Assembly (NCBI GenBank): GCA_012729875.1
Contig: JAAYCC010000016.1
Location: forward strand, 1 to 29,647
Source of the DNA: Clostridiales bacterium
GTDB taxonomy: Bacteria; Bacillota; Clostridia; Oscillospirales; Oscillospiraceae
Reading direction: 5' to 3'
Length of the DNA: 29,647 nt
The translations under genes were made by a program, and so were the position numbers. Positions 1 through 8,864 of this stretch are shown piece by piece (the stretch's first letter is position 1; each line of letters starts with the position of its first letter). Below the pieces are notes generated by a model. The model made no database searches, was not told where the DNA came from, and was given only the letters and a program-made list of their open reading frames with translations.

Positions 1-7
1 ATAAGAA

Positions 8-38
8 AAATCCCGTAATCTCAATGACTACGGGATTT
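8..38 (-). terminator. Intrinsic terminator of the tRNA array
   Basis: Inverted repeat AAATCCCGTA (8-17) / TACGGGATTT (29-38) just past the 3' end of tRNA-Lys; T-run follows on the minus strand and also on the plus strand (41-47). Confidence 0.8.
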
Positions 39-46
39 CCTTTTTT

Positions 47-122
47 TGGTGACTCAGCGGGGATTCGAACCCCGGACCCTCTGCTTAAAAGGCAGATGCT
101 CTGCCGACTGAGCTACTGAATC
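47..122 (-). tRNA. tRNA-Lys(TTT)
   Basis: Reverse complement GATTCAG...TCTGC-CTTTTAA-GCAGA...GGTTCGAATCC...CTGAGTC-A-CCA folds as a cloverleaf with anticodon TTT and encoded CCA. Confidence 0.97.
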
Positions 123-135
123 AGGTGTTTTTAAT

Positions 136-209
136 TGGCTGGGATAGCAGGGCTCGAACCTACAATACCAGAGTCAAAGTCTGATGTGTTACCATTACAC
201 TATATCCCA
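136..209 (-). tRNA. tRNA-Gln(TTG)
   Basis: TGGGATA acceptor (U1-A72), anticodon loop CT-TTG-AC, GGTTCGAGCC T-arm, G73, CCA end. Confidence 0.96.
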
Positions 210-246
210 ATGTAAATTCAAGCCGATTATATATGCGTGATAAAAA

Positions 247-324
247 TGGGGTGGGTAAAGGGATTCGAACCCTCGACCCCCGGAACCACAATCCGGTGCT
301 CTAACCAGCTGAGCTATACCCACC
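247..324 (-). tRNA. tRNA-His(GTG), includes G-1
   Basis: G-1/GTGGGTA acceptor pairing with TACCCAC-C73-CCA; anticodon loop TT-GTG-GT; T-arm GGTTCGAATCC. Confidence 0.97.
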
Positions 325-360
325 ATGTCATTTTCACTGCATTTGACGCATAAGCGTCTG

Positions 361-437
361 TGGTACGCCAGAAGGGACTCGAACCCCTGACCTACTGCTT
401 AGAAGGCAGTTGCTCTATCCACCTGAGCTACTGGCGC
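361..437 (-). tRNA. tRNA-Arg(TCT)
   Basis: GCGCCAG acceptor, anticodon loop CT-TCT-AA, GGTTCGAGTCC T-arm, CCA end. Confidence 0.97.
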
Positions 438-440
438 ATA

Positions 441-514
441 TGGAGCGGGCGATGGGAATCGAACCCACGTATCCAGCTTGGAAGGCTGGTGTTCTACCAT
501 TGAACTACGCCCGC
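441..514 (-). tRNA. tRNA-Gly(TCC)
   Basis: GCGGGCG acceptor, anticodon loop CT-TCC-AA, GGTTCGATTCC T-arm, U73-CCA. Confidence 0.97.
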
Positions 515-533
515 AGAAAAGTTCAGCCTTGAA

Positions 534-562
534 ATAATAACACTTATATCCGGTCTTGTCAA
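534..562 (-). promoter_or_regulatory. SigmaA promoter of the tRNA array
   Basis: Minus strand TTGACA (562-557), 17 bp, TATTAT (539-534) with extended TG; predicted start at G ~528/527, about 13 nt before tRNA-Gly. Confidence 0.85.
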
Positions 563-593
563 TATTTTTGTCGGCCTATATTTTAGTTCAATA

Positions 594-941
594 TCAAAGT
601 ATGACTATTGTGACGCCGTTGTTGTGCCGGTCGAGGTCGCTGTCGCGGCGAAGGTCGTCACAGATGAGGAAAGCATCTCGGGTCGCGGCATCGAAAATAG
701 AGAAATTTTCGCCGCATATAAAGCCGCGTATCTGCCTTTTTTCCAGCTGATCCTGAAGATATCTGCGGGTCTCGGTGCGTATTTTGCCTCCCTTGCCGGT
801 GGAGCCGTAGCCGTGGATTATCTTCATGGCGGAGGCGCCCCAGCTTTTGCCGTTCCTGATGTTGTAGGTCACACGCCTTATGGCGTCCTGCGCTGTCGGC
901 ATATCGGATTTGATGTTGACTTCTTTGAGATATCCGGACAT
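594..941 (-). CDS. Stand-alone Smr (MutS2 C-terminal-like) domain protein, 115 aa
   Basis: IIHGYGSxGxGG motif and C-terminal NNGVTIVIL typical of Smr domains; RBS GAAAGGA upstream of ATG. Confidence 0.8.
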   Translation of the reverse strand: MSGYLKEVNIKSDMPTAQDAIRRVTYNIRNGKSWGASAMKIIHGYGSTGKGGKIRTETRRYLQDQLEKRQIRGFICGENFSIFDAATRDAFLICDDLRRDSDLDRHNNGVTIVIL

Positions 942-1005
942 GGCGGTTTCCTTTCCCGCTGTCCATACAGGCCGTCCCGAGGGGGACAGCCTGTATGGGA
1001 TTTCA

Positions 1006-1599
1006 TTATTTGAGTTTTTTCAGCGCATATTCGCGGCCTAAGGCGAAAGCCTTTTTGTTGACGTCCAGGAACTTGGGCTTTACGCAGGCGGCAATTGCGT
1101 CTTGCCAGACCTCTTCGCTGAAGTCCGTCAGGGCGGAGAGAACTCCTATAAGGACGACGTTTACGGATTTTGCATTGCCGGCGTCCTGTGCCATTGAAAG
1201 AGCGTCGCTCGATATTATACTCACGCCCTTGTCCCTGAGCTTTTGGACTATGTCTTCAGGGTAGCTCATGGCCCCTGTTATGACGGGCATCGGTGCGATT
1301 GCGCGGTCATTGAGGATTATTGTGCCGTCTTTTTTGAGATAGGGCACCCAGCGGGCTGCCTCCAGACGCTCGAAGGCGAGTATGTAGTCCGCTTCGCCGA
1401 GGTCTATGATCGGGGAGTAGACCCTCTCGCCGAATTTGACATATGTGACGACGCTTCCGCCGCGCTGGCTCATGCCGTGCACCTCGGACATTTTTACGTC
1501 GTAGCCCTGTGAGGTGAGTACGCTGCCAAGAATGCGGGAGGCGAGCAGAGTGCCCTGGCCGCCGACTCCGACTATCATGATTCCTTTTGTTTCCGACAT
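1006..1599 (-). CDS. iorB: Indolepyruvate:ferredoxin oxidoreductase beta subunit
   Basis: GVGGQG...SEVHGMSQRGGSV motif of the POR gamma/IorB family; start moved to ATG 1599 (RBS AAGGAGG), 1 nt after the iorA stop. Confidence 0.9.
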   Translation of the reverse strand: MSETKGIMIVGVGGQGTLLASRILGSVLTSQGYDVKMSEVHGMSQRGGSVVTYVKFGERVYSPIIDLGEADYILAFERLEAARWVPYLKKDGTIILNDRAIAPMPVITGAMSYPEDIVQKLRDKGVSIISSDALSMAQDAGNAKSVNVVLIGVLSALTDFSEEVWQDAIAACVKPKFLDVNKKAFALGREYALKKLK

Positions 1600-1600
1600 G

Positions 1601-3340
1601 TTATTTGCCCTCCTTTTTAAGGATAGCTCCAAATTTGCACATCTGCATGCACAGGTCGCAGCCCACGCAAAGAGTCTGGTCTATGCTCGCCTTTTTATCG
1701 GCAAAGCTGATTGCGGGACAGCCGATGGTCATGCACTGTCTGCAGCTTTTGCACTTGTCGTGGTCGACGTAGAGCGGAGGCAGTATTTTGACCTCGGGCA
1801 GCATTATGCAGGGTCTGCGCGCGATGATCACAGAGGGCTCCTCTATCTGCAGTTGGGCGCTTACCAGGGATTTGAATTCATCCAGCTTGTAGGGGTCGCA
1901 GACGCTGACGTTTTTAACGCCTACGGCCTGGCACAGCTTTTCAAGAGATACAGCAGGAGCGGGTTCGCCCTTTATGGTCTTGCCGGTGGTTGGGTTGTGC
2001 TGATGTCCCGTCATACCGGTGATGGAGTTGTCAAGAATGATGACGGTGCTGACGCCCTTGTTATAGACTATGTCGATAAGCCCTGTGACGCCGCTGTGCA
2101 TGAAGGTACTGTCACCTATAACGGCGACGGTTTTTTTAGCGCTCTCAGGTCCACGGGCGGTGTTGAAGCCGTGTGCGCCGGATATGGATGCGCCCATGCA
2201 GACTGTTGTATCCACAGCGCCGAGTGGAGGAAGGGCGCCGAGAGTGTAACAGCCTATGTCGCCCATTACATTGACGTCGAGCTTGCTGAGGGTAAAGAAC
2301 ATGCCCCTGTGGGGACAGCCGGGGCATAGCGCCGGAGGACGGGGCGGTACAGGCTCGTCGAATTCAACGAAGCTTTCGGTCTCACGTCCGAGAGCCCTCT
2401 TTATTTTTACCTGGCTGAGCTCGCCGCACATGCCGAAGAGCTCCTTGCCGCCGTCTACCCTTATGCCGTTGACACGCAGATGGTTCTCTATAACGGGGTC
2501 AAGCTCCTCGACGACAATGAGCTTGTCCACTTTTTCAGCGAAGTCCCTTATTAACTGAACCGGCAGAGGGTTGACCATGCCCAGCTTGAGAACGCTGGCG
2601 TTTGGGAAGCAGTCGCGCAGATACTGGTAGCAGGTGCCGCTGGTGACATAGCCCACGGATGTGTCGCCCATCTCGACGCGGTTTATCTTAGCGGTCTCTG
2701 CGTATTCGACGAGCTTTTGGGTGCGCTCCTCAATGATGGGATGGCGCTTTATCGCGTTGCCCGGCATCATGACATACTTGCCGGGGTTTTTCTCGAAGGG
2801 CTTTAGCTCGTACTCGACACGCTCACCTAGCTCCACCGCACTCTGCGAGTGTGCGATACGTGTGCAGGTGCGCAGGATGACAGGGGCGTCAAATTGCTCG
2901 GAAATATCGTAGGCGAGCTTTGTGAACTCAAGGCATTCCCCACTGTCGGAGGGCTCCAGCATGGGCAGCTTTGCGGCTATGGCGTAGTGGCGGGAGTCCT
3001 GTTCGTTTTGAGAGGAATGCATACCGGGGTCGTCCGCAACAGCGATGACCATTCCGCCGTTGACTCCTGTATAGGACACCGTGAAAAGAGGGTCGGCCGC
3101 TACGTTCAGACCGACGTGCTTCATGGCGCAGAAGCTCCGAGCTCCGCCTATGGATGCGCCGATTGCGGCCTCCATGGCGACCTTTTCGTTGGGAGCCCAC
3201 TCGGCGTAGATCTCGTCATACTTTGCGGCGGCTTCTGGGATTTCTGTCGAGGGCGTTCCGGGATATGCGGAGACAAAGCGGCAGCCCGCTTCGTAAAGTC
3301 CGCGGGCAACTGCGGCGTTGCCCAAAAGGAGCTGTTTCAT
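1601..3340 (-). CDS. iorA: Indolepyruvate:ferredoxin oxidoreductase alpha subunit
   Basis: LLGNxAVARG, YPGTPSTEI, MKHVGLNVAAD, TPP-binding GDSTFMHSG...DN, C-terminal two CxxCxxCxxxC ferredoxin motifs; 579 aa. Confidence 0.93.
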   Translation of the reverse strand: MKQLLLGNAAVARGLYEAGCRFVSAYPGTPSTEIPEAAAKYDEIYAEWAPNEKVAMEAAIGASIGGARSFCAMKHVGLNVAADPLFTVSYTGVNGGMVIAVADDPGMHSSQNEQDSRHYAIAAKLPMLEPSDSGECLEFTKLAYDISEQFDAPVILRTCTRIAHSQSAVELGERVEYELKPFEKNPGKYVMMPGNAIKRHPIIEERTQKLVEYAETAKINRVEMGDTSVGYVTSGTCYQYLRDCFPNASVLKLGMVNPLPVQLIRDFAEKVDKLIVVEELDPVIENHLRVNGIRVDGGKELFGMCGELSQVKIKRALGRETESFVEFDEPVPPRPPALCPGCPHRGMFFTLSKLDVNVMGDIGCYTLGALPPLGAVDTTVCMGASISGAHGFNTARGPESAKKTVAVIGDSTFMHSGVTGLIDIVYNKGVSTVIILDNSITGMTGHQHNPTTGKTIKGEPAPAVSLEKLCQAVGVKNVSVCDPYKLDEFKSLVSAQLQIEEPSVIIARRPCIMLPEVKILPPLYVDHDKCKSCRQCMTIGCPAISFADKKASIDQTLCVGCDLCMQMCKFGAILKKEGK

Positions 3341-3385
3341 TTTTTGTCCATCCTTTCGCTTGTGGGGATTAAAAAGTCCTGCTCT

Positions 3386-4873
3386 TCATTTGGCATGATA
3401 TAGCTTGCGGGTCTGGTACTTGGGCTCGTAGGTGATGTTTACGCCCAGGTGCTGGAATACGTTTTCGTCCACGCGGGACAGAATTACGGTTGAATGCGCT
3501 TCGCAGCAGTAGAGCTTGGGCAGCTGGTCTATAGCCAGCTGTGCGGCGGGGTCGCTGCGTCCGCAGATGGCGAGGGCTATAAGCACCTCATCTGTGTGCA
3601 GGCGGGGGTTGCTGTTGCCCAGGTGGTTGACCTTTAGCCTCTGGATAGGCTCGATTATCTCTGGGGAGATCAGACATTTTTCGTCCGGTATGCCGCCCAG
3701 AGCCTTAAGGGCGTTGAGAAGGCAGGCGGAGGAGCTGCCCAGCAAAGAGCTTGTCTTGCCTGTGACGATACGGCCGTCTTTAAGCTCAATGGAAACGGCG
3801 GGAGCGCCTGTTATATCTGCCTTTCTGAGGGCAGGGGCGACAACGGACCGGTCGCTTGTGGTCAGACCCAGAGTGTTCATAATCATCTCTATTTTGTAGA
3901 GCTCGTTCTGAGAGCCGTTGCCCTGACGAAGACTGCAGGCGGAGGAATAGTAGCGGCGGATTATTTCCTGTCTGCCGGCTTCACTGCATGCCTCATTGTC
4001 GGTGATGCAGTAGCCCGCCATGTTGACCCCCATATCGGTGGGGCTTTTGTAGTGGCAGCCGCCGCCTATTCTGTCCATAATGGCGCCCAAAACCGGAAAA
4101 ATCTCAACGTCGCGGTTGTAGTTGACTGTTGTCTCGCCATAGGCCTCAAGATGGAAGGGGTCTATCATGTTGATATCGTCCAGATCGGCGGTGGCCGCCT
4201 CATAGGCCAGGTTGACCGGGTGCTTAAGGGGCAGATTCCATACAGGGAAGGTCTCGAATTTTGCATATCCCGCCTGTATGCCGCGCTTATGTTCATGGTA
4301 GAGCTGGGACAGGCAGGTGGCCATTTTGCCGCTGCCGGGTCCCGGAGCGGTTACGACGATCAGACTGCGCTCTGTCTCAATGTAGTCATTCTTGCCAAAG
4401 CCCTCATCGCTGACGATAAAGGGTATGTTGGAGGGGTAGTCGGGAATCACATAGTGGCGGTAGACGCGTAGACCCAGCTTTTCAAGATGCTGCTGGAAGC
4501 TATTTGCCGCCGGCTGACCGGTGTAGTGGGTGATGACTACGCTGCCGACAAAGAGTCCGCTGGCTCGGAAAGCGTCCACAAGGCGGAGGAGATCGAGATC
4601 GTAGGTTATGCCCAGATCTCCGCGGACCTTGTTGCGCTCTATATCGTTAGCGGATATGACGATGACTATTTCCGCGTCGTCCTTCATCTCCATGAGCATC
4701 TTGATCTTGCTGTCGGGCCTGAAGCCGGGAAGCACGCGGGCTGCGTGGAAGTCGTCAAAGAGCTTGCCGCCAAATTCAAGGTAGAGCTTGCCGCCGAACT
4801 GGTTTATGCGGGACTTGATATTCTTCGATTGCAGTTTTAGGTACTTTTCGTTGTCGAAGCCGGGTCTGATCAT
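3386..4873 (-). CDS. DUF1846 (UPF0371) family protein with P-loop-like motif
   Basis: LYLEFGGKLFDDFHAARVLPGF, VTAPGPGSGKMATCLSQLYHE, YAKFETFPVWNLPLKHPVNLAYEAATADL recognised as DUF1846; start at ATG 4873 after RBS GGAGG. Confidence 0.85.
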   Translation of the reverse strand: MIRPGFDNEKYLKLQSKNIKSRINQFGGKLYLEFGGKLFDDFHAARVLPGFRPDSKIKMLMEMKDDAEIVIVISANDIERNKVRGDLGITYDLDLLRLVDAFRASGLFVGSVVITHYTGQPAANSFQQHLEKLGLRVYRHYVIPDYPSNIPFIVSDEGFGKNDYIETERSLIVVTAPGPGSGKMATCLSQLYHEHKRGIQAGYAKFETFPVWNLPLKHPVNLAYEAATADLDDINMIDPFHLEAYGETTVNYNRDVEIFPVLGAIMDRIGGGCHYKSPTDMGVNMAGYCITDNEACSEAGRQEIIRRYYSSACSLRQGNGSQNELYKIEMIMNTLGLTTSDRSVVAPALRKADITGAPAVSIELKDGRIVTGKTSSLLGSSSACLLNALKALGGIPDEKCLISPEIIEPIQRLKVNHLGNSNPRLHTDEVLIALAICGRSDPAAQLAIDQLPKLYCCEAHSTVILSRVDENVFQHLGVNITYEPKYQTRKLYHAK

Positions 4874-4970
4874 TTTTCTGTTTCCTCCGAGTGAATTCCA
4901 ATAATCCAATAATTGTAAAGACTATAATAGTGCTGTGCGGGCATTTTTTTCCGCCGGGACGACAGGCAAA

Positions 4971-4998
4971 ATTATAGCAAATAAAAATAATATAACAA
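4971..4998 (-). promoter_or_regulatory. Putative sigmaA promoter for DUF1846-iorA-iorB
   Basis: Minus strand TTGTTA, 16 bp, TATAAT preceded by TG (extended -10) in the AT-rich divergent intergenic region. Confidence 0.5.
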
Positions 4999-5109
4999 AA
5001 ATATTATATCGCAAAAAGATCGTATGTACAAACAATAAAATCTGTAAAAGTGTATAATTTTGTAAGAGCTTATCGGATTTTACCGTGTATTTCTTCGGAG
5101 TTTACTTTT

Positions 5110-5143
5110 TAGTCTTTTTTTATTTGTTAAGGTATGATAAAAT
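5110..5143 (+). promoter_or_regulatory. Possible promoter for secA
   Basis: TGaTAAAAT extended -10 (5135-5143) or TATGAT (5133-5138); -35 weak. Confidence 0.3.
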
Positions 5144-5204
5144 TAACAGATAATATCGGCTAAGGCCGAACTACTCACCCATGTACCGGGAGGCTATATT
5201 TATT

Positions 5205-7985
5205 ATGGGACTTATCAAAAAACTATTCGGTACTCACAGCGAAAGAGAGCTAAAAAAGATATATCCGATTGCCGACAGGACAGAGGCGCTTGCAGACGAC
5301 TACAAAAAACTGACGGATGATCAGCTCCGTGCCAAAACTGACGAGTTCAAGCAGCGCCTTTCAAAAGGCGAGACTCTGGACGACATCCTGCCGGAGGCCT
5401 TTGCGACCGTCCGTGAGGCGGCAGGGCGTGTTTTGGGTCTCTATCCCTTCCGAGTTCAGCTCATCGGCGGCATAGTCCTGCATCAGGGGCGTATAGCCGA
5501 GATGAAAACCGGCGAGGGAAAAACCCTCGTCGCCACCATGCCGGCTTACCTCAACGCGCTTGAGGGCAAGGGCGTGCACATCGTCACTGTGAACGATTAT
5601 CTGGCCAAGCGCGACAGTGAGTGGATGGGTAAGGTCTACCGCTTCCTCGGGCTCTCCGTGGGTCTTATAGTCCATGGCCTGACGCCGGAGCAGCGCAAGG
5701 ATGCCTATGCGGCGGACATCACCTACGGCACCAACAACGAGATGGGCTTCGACTATCTGCGCGACAACATGGCCATATACAAGAAGCAGATGGTACAGCG
5801 CGGGCACCACTTTGCCATAGTCGATGAAGTGGACTCAATACTCGTAGACGAGGCGAGAACTCCCCTCATCATCTCCGGGGCCGGCGACAAGAGCACCGAG
5901 CTGTACACCCAGGTGGACGACTTTGTGTCGCGCCTGAAATGCATGGTATATGCGAGTATAGACGAAAAAAGCGAGGAGGACGAGAAGCTCGACGCCGACT
6001 ACGTGGTGGACGAAAAGGCCCGCAGCGCGACTCTCACCGCGCGGGGTATCAGGAGGGCGGAGCAGGCCTTCGGCGTTGAGAACCTTGCCGACCTTGAAAA
6101 CTCGACCCTTTCCCATCACATTAATCAGGCCATAAAGGCACATGGCATTATGAAGCGCGACATCGACTATGTCGTAAAGGACGGCGCTGTCGTTATAGTG
6201 GACGAGTTTACAGGACGTCTTATGCAGGGCAGACGCTATTCCGAGGGCCTGCACCAGGCCATCGAGGCAAAGGAGCATGTAAATGTCGAGCGTGAGAGCA
6301 AGACACTCGCCACAATCACCTTTCAAAACTACTTCCGCCTGTACGACAAGCTCTCCGGTATGACCGGTACCGCCGTCACCGAGCAGGAGGAGTTCATCAC
6401 CATCTATAAGCTGGACATAGTGGAGATACCCACAAACAAGCCGCTGGCCCGTATAGACAACAGCGACATCATCTATAAAAACGAGGCGGGAAAATACCGT
6501 GCGATTATAAAACAGATCGAGGAGTGCCACGAAAAAGGCCAGCCTGTACTGGTCGGCACGGTGTCCATTGAAAAGAGCGAGCTGCTCTCCTCACTTCTGA
6601 AGCGCACGGGCATCCAGCACAATGTCCTCAACGCGAAGAACCATGAAAAGGAAGCTGAGATCATTGCCCAGGCAGGCAAGCCCGGCGCCGTCACGATTGC
6701 CACCAATATGGCGGGACGAGGCACCGATATAATGCTCGGCGGCAATGCGGAGTATCTAGCAAAGACAGATCTTCGCAAGCACGGTTTCGGAGACGAGATC
6801 ATATCCGAGGCGACGGGCTTCGGCGACACCAATGACGAAAACGTGCTGAAGGCCCGCAAGATGTTCTCAGAGCGGCTGGAGTTCCACAGACAGCAGATCG
6901 CCGGAGAGGCGGACAAGGTACGCGAAGCGGGCGGCCTGTTTATTATCGGCTCCGAGCGCCATGAGTCCCGCCGTATAGATAACCAGCTGCGCGGACGTGC
7001 AGGACGTCAGGGAGACCCCGGGGAGAGCAGTTTCTATCTGGCTATGACGGACGACATTATGAGGCTGTTCGGCTCCGAGCGCGTAATGCACACCATGGAG
7101 CGCCTCGGTGTCGACGAGGACACACCGCTTGAGTACAAGATGCTCACAAACGCTATTGAACAGGCGCAGAAGACCGTCGAGAGCCGCAACTTCCAGAGCC
7201 GCAAGAGCGTACTTGAATACGACGACGTCATGAACGTCCAGAGAAACATAATCTATAAGCAGCGCCAGCAGGTGCTGGACGGCGAGGACCTGCAGAACAG
7301 CATCCGCTCCATGGTTGAGGAGTACATCGGTTCCAATATCGCCCACGGCATGAGCGGAAACAGCTATTTTGAGGATATGGAGCAGTTTGAAGAGACTGTG
7401 GCACCCTTTGAAAGCCTCTTCCTGCGCAAGGGCGAAATCGCTCTCACCCGCGAGCAGCTTGAAAACCTCAATACGCATAAGCTTGCCGACGAGCTGAACA
7501 AAAAAGCTGAGGAGGTTTATGCCGCCCGCGAAGAACAATTCGGGCTTATGCCCAACGGCGTGCCCCTTATGCGAGAGCTGGAGCGTGTGATTATGCTGCG
7601 CGTCGTGGATGAATACTGGATGGAACATATAGACGCCATGCAGGAGCTGCGCCGCGGCATCGGCCTGCGCGCCTACGGCAACAGCAACCCGGTCGACGCA
7701 TACAAGCGCGAGGGCTTTTCTATGTTTGAAGATATGATCTCTGGTATCCGCTCCGAGGTCGTGCGCCGCCTGTATACGGTGTCGGTCAAAAAGGAGCAGC
7801 CTCTTGAGCGCACGAGCGTTGCAACGGGGGACGTTAAAACAGTAGGCGGAGACCCGACTGTGAGAAAACAGCCTGTCAAGGTGGCTAAAAAGCCCGGCAG
7901 GAACGACCCCTGTCCATGCGGCAAGTGGAAAGAGGACGGCTCGAGACCTCTGAAATATAAAGAGTGCTGCGGCAAAAACGAGTAA
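5205..7985 (+). CDS. secA: Protein translocase ATPase SecA
   Basis: MKTGEGKT Walker A, DEVD motif, [30 protein letters not shown]-terminal GRNDPCPCG; start ATG 5205 after GGGAGG. Confidence 0.98.
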   Translation: MGLIKKLFGTHSERELKKIYPIADRTEALADDYKKLTDDQLRAKTDEFKQRLSKGETLDDILPEAFATVREAAGRVLGLYPFRVQLIGGIVLHQGRIAEMKTGEGKTLVATMPAYLNALEGKGVHIVTVNDYLAKRDSEWMGKVYRFLGLSVGLIVHGLTPEQRKDAYAADITYGTNNEMGFDYLRDNMAIYKKQMVQRGHHFAIVDEVDSILVDEARTPLIISGAGDKSTELYTQVDDFVSRLKCMVYASIDEKSEEDEKLDADYVVDEKARSATLTARGIRRAEQAFGVENLADLENSTLSHHINQAIKAHGIMKRDIDYVVKDGAVVIVDEFTGRLMQGRRYSEGLHQAIEAKEHVNVERESKTLATITFQNYFRLYDKLSGMTGTAVTEQEEFITIYKLDIVEIPTNKPLARIDNSDIIYKNEAGKYRAIIKQIEECHEKGQPVLVGTVSIEKSELLSSLLKRTGIQHNVLNAKNHEKEAEIIAQAGKPGAVTIATNMAGRGTDIMLGGNAEYLAKTDLRKHGFGDEIISEATGFGDTNDENVLKARKMFSERLEFHRQQIAGEADKVREAGGLFIIGSERHESRRIDNQLRGRAGRQGDPGESSFYLAMTDDIMRLFGSERVMHTMERLGVDEDTPLEYKMLTNAIEQAQKTVESRNFQSRKSVLEYDDVMNVQRNIIYKQRQQVLDGEDLQNSIRSMVEEYIGSNIAHGMSGNSYFEDMEQFEETVAPFESLFLRKGEIALTREQLENLNTHKLADELNKKAEEVYAAREEQFGLMPNGVPLMRELERVIMLRVVDEYWMEHIDAMQELRRGIGLRAYGNSNPVDAYKREGFSMFEDMISGIRSEVVRRLYTVSVKKEQPLERTSVATGDVKTVGGDPTVRKQPVKVAKKPGRNDPCPCGKWKEDGSRPLKYKECCGKNE

Positions 7986-8035
7986 TTAATCTGATTGGAC
8001 AGACAGAAAACATCCACGGATAAGGAGCGACAATT

Positions 8036-8845
8036 TTGGAGTTTTCCAAACCCTTTGCTGAGATCAGCTACAAAGAGCTGATGTATATGAAAGCCCCGAC
8101 GATACCCTACACCCACTGCTTTACGACGCGGTGGGGAGGGGTGAGCGAGGGCTTTCTGGAGAGTTTGAATCTGGGCGAGAACCGCGGCGACAGCGAAGAA
8201 AACGTCCGGGAGAACTACCGCCGCCTGCTGGAGGCCGTGGGTCTGCCGGAACAGAAAATCTGCTTTACCAGGCAGGTGCACGGGAACCATGTGCGTGTTG
8301 TGACCGATGAGGACAGGCGGGAGCTGTTTACCCCATTCAAATATGAGGCGGACGGCATAGTCACAAACGTCAGGGGCCTGCCGCTTATCTGCTTTACCGC
8401 GGACTGTGTGCCCGTGCTTTTGTGCGACCCGGAAGCGGGCGTTGCGGGAGCTGTGCACTGCGGATGGCGAAGCACCGTCTCCGATATTCTGGGCGCGGCG
8501 GTCGTCAAAATGACTGGGCTTGGCGCTTCGGCGGAGAAGCTCCGCGCCGCCATAGGCCCGGCAATTGATATGTGCTGTTTTGAGACCGACGCGGAGGTTC
8601 CGCAGGCTATAGAAAAGCTCTTGGGCGGGGACTGCGGCGAGGCGTTTTTCGCGGTGGGCGATACGGGAAAGTATATGGTCGATCTGAAAGAGACCAACAG
8701 ACTTCGTCTGCTGCAGCTCGGCCTTAAGAACGAGAACATATCGGTAAGCGACGAGTGCACATCCTGCAACTGTGACCGTTACTGGTCGCACCGTAAGACG
8801 AGAGGCCGGCGCGGCGCGCAGGGCGCGCTTATAGTTATTGACTGA
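8036..8845 (+). CDS. pgeF: PgeF/YfiH (peptidoglycan editing factor / purine nucleoside phosphorylase-like, laccase-domain family)
   Basis: FTTRxGGVS, LNLG, QVHG, ADCVP, HCGWR, AAIGPAI motifs; TTG start with RBS TAAGGAG. Confidence 0.9.
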   Translation: MEFSKPFAEISYKELMYMKAPTIPYTHCFTTRWGGVSEGFLESLNLGENRGDSEENVRENYRRLLEAVGLPEQKICFTRQVHGNHVRVVTDEDRRELFTPFKYEADGIVTNVRGLPLICFTADCVPVLLCDPEAGVAGAVHCGWRSTVSDILGAAVVKMTGLGASAEKLRAAIGPAIDMCCFETDAEVPQAIEKLLGGDCGEAFFAVGDTGKYMVDLKETNRLRLLQLGLKNENISVSDECTSCNCDRYWSHRKTRGRRGAQGALIVID

Positions 8846-8864
8846 GTCCACGAAAGGATAAAAT

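Noticed and set aside
1-122. Possible integrative-element attachment site at the tRNA-Lys 3' end
   Set aside because: No integrase or duplicated tRNA 3' fragment within the window; sequence beyond position 1 is not visible.
47-209. U3:G70 wobble in tRNA-Lys and GTGT/ACAC D-stem in tRNA-Gln
   Set aside because: Both tRNAs fold normally with correct anticodons and discriminators; within ordinary tRNA variation (U3:G70 is not the alanine G3:U70 determinant).
5061-5074. cre-like site TGTAAGAGCTTATC
   Set aside because: 11/14 to the ideal palindrome but misses the central C and terminal CA; too weak in an AT-rich region.
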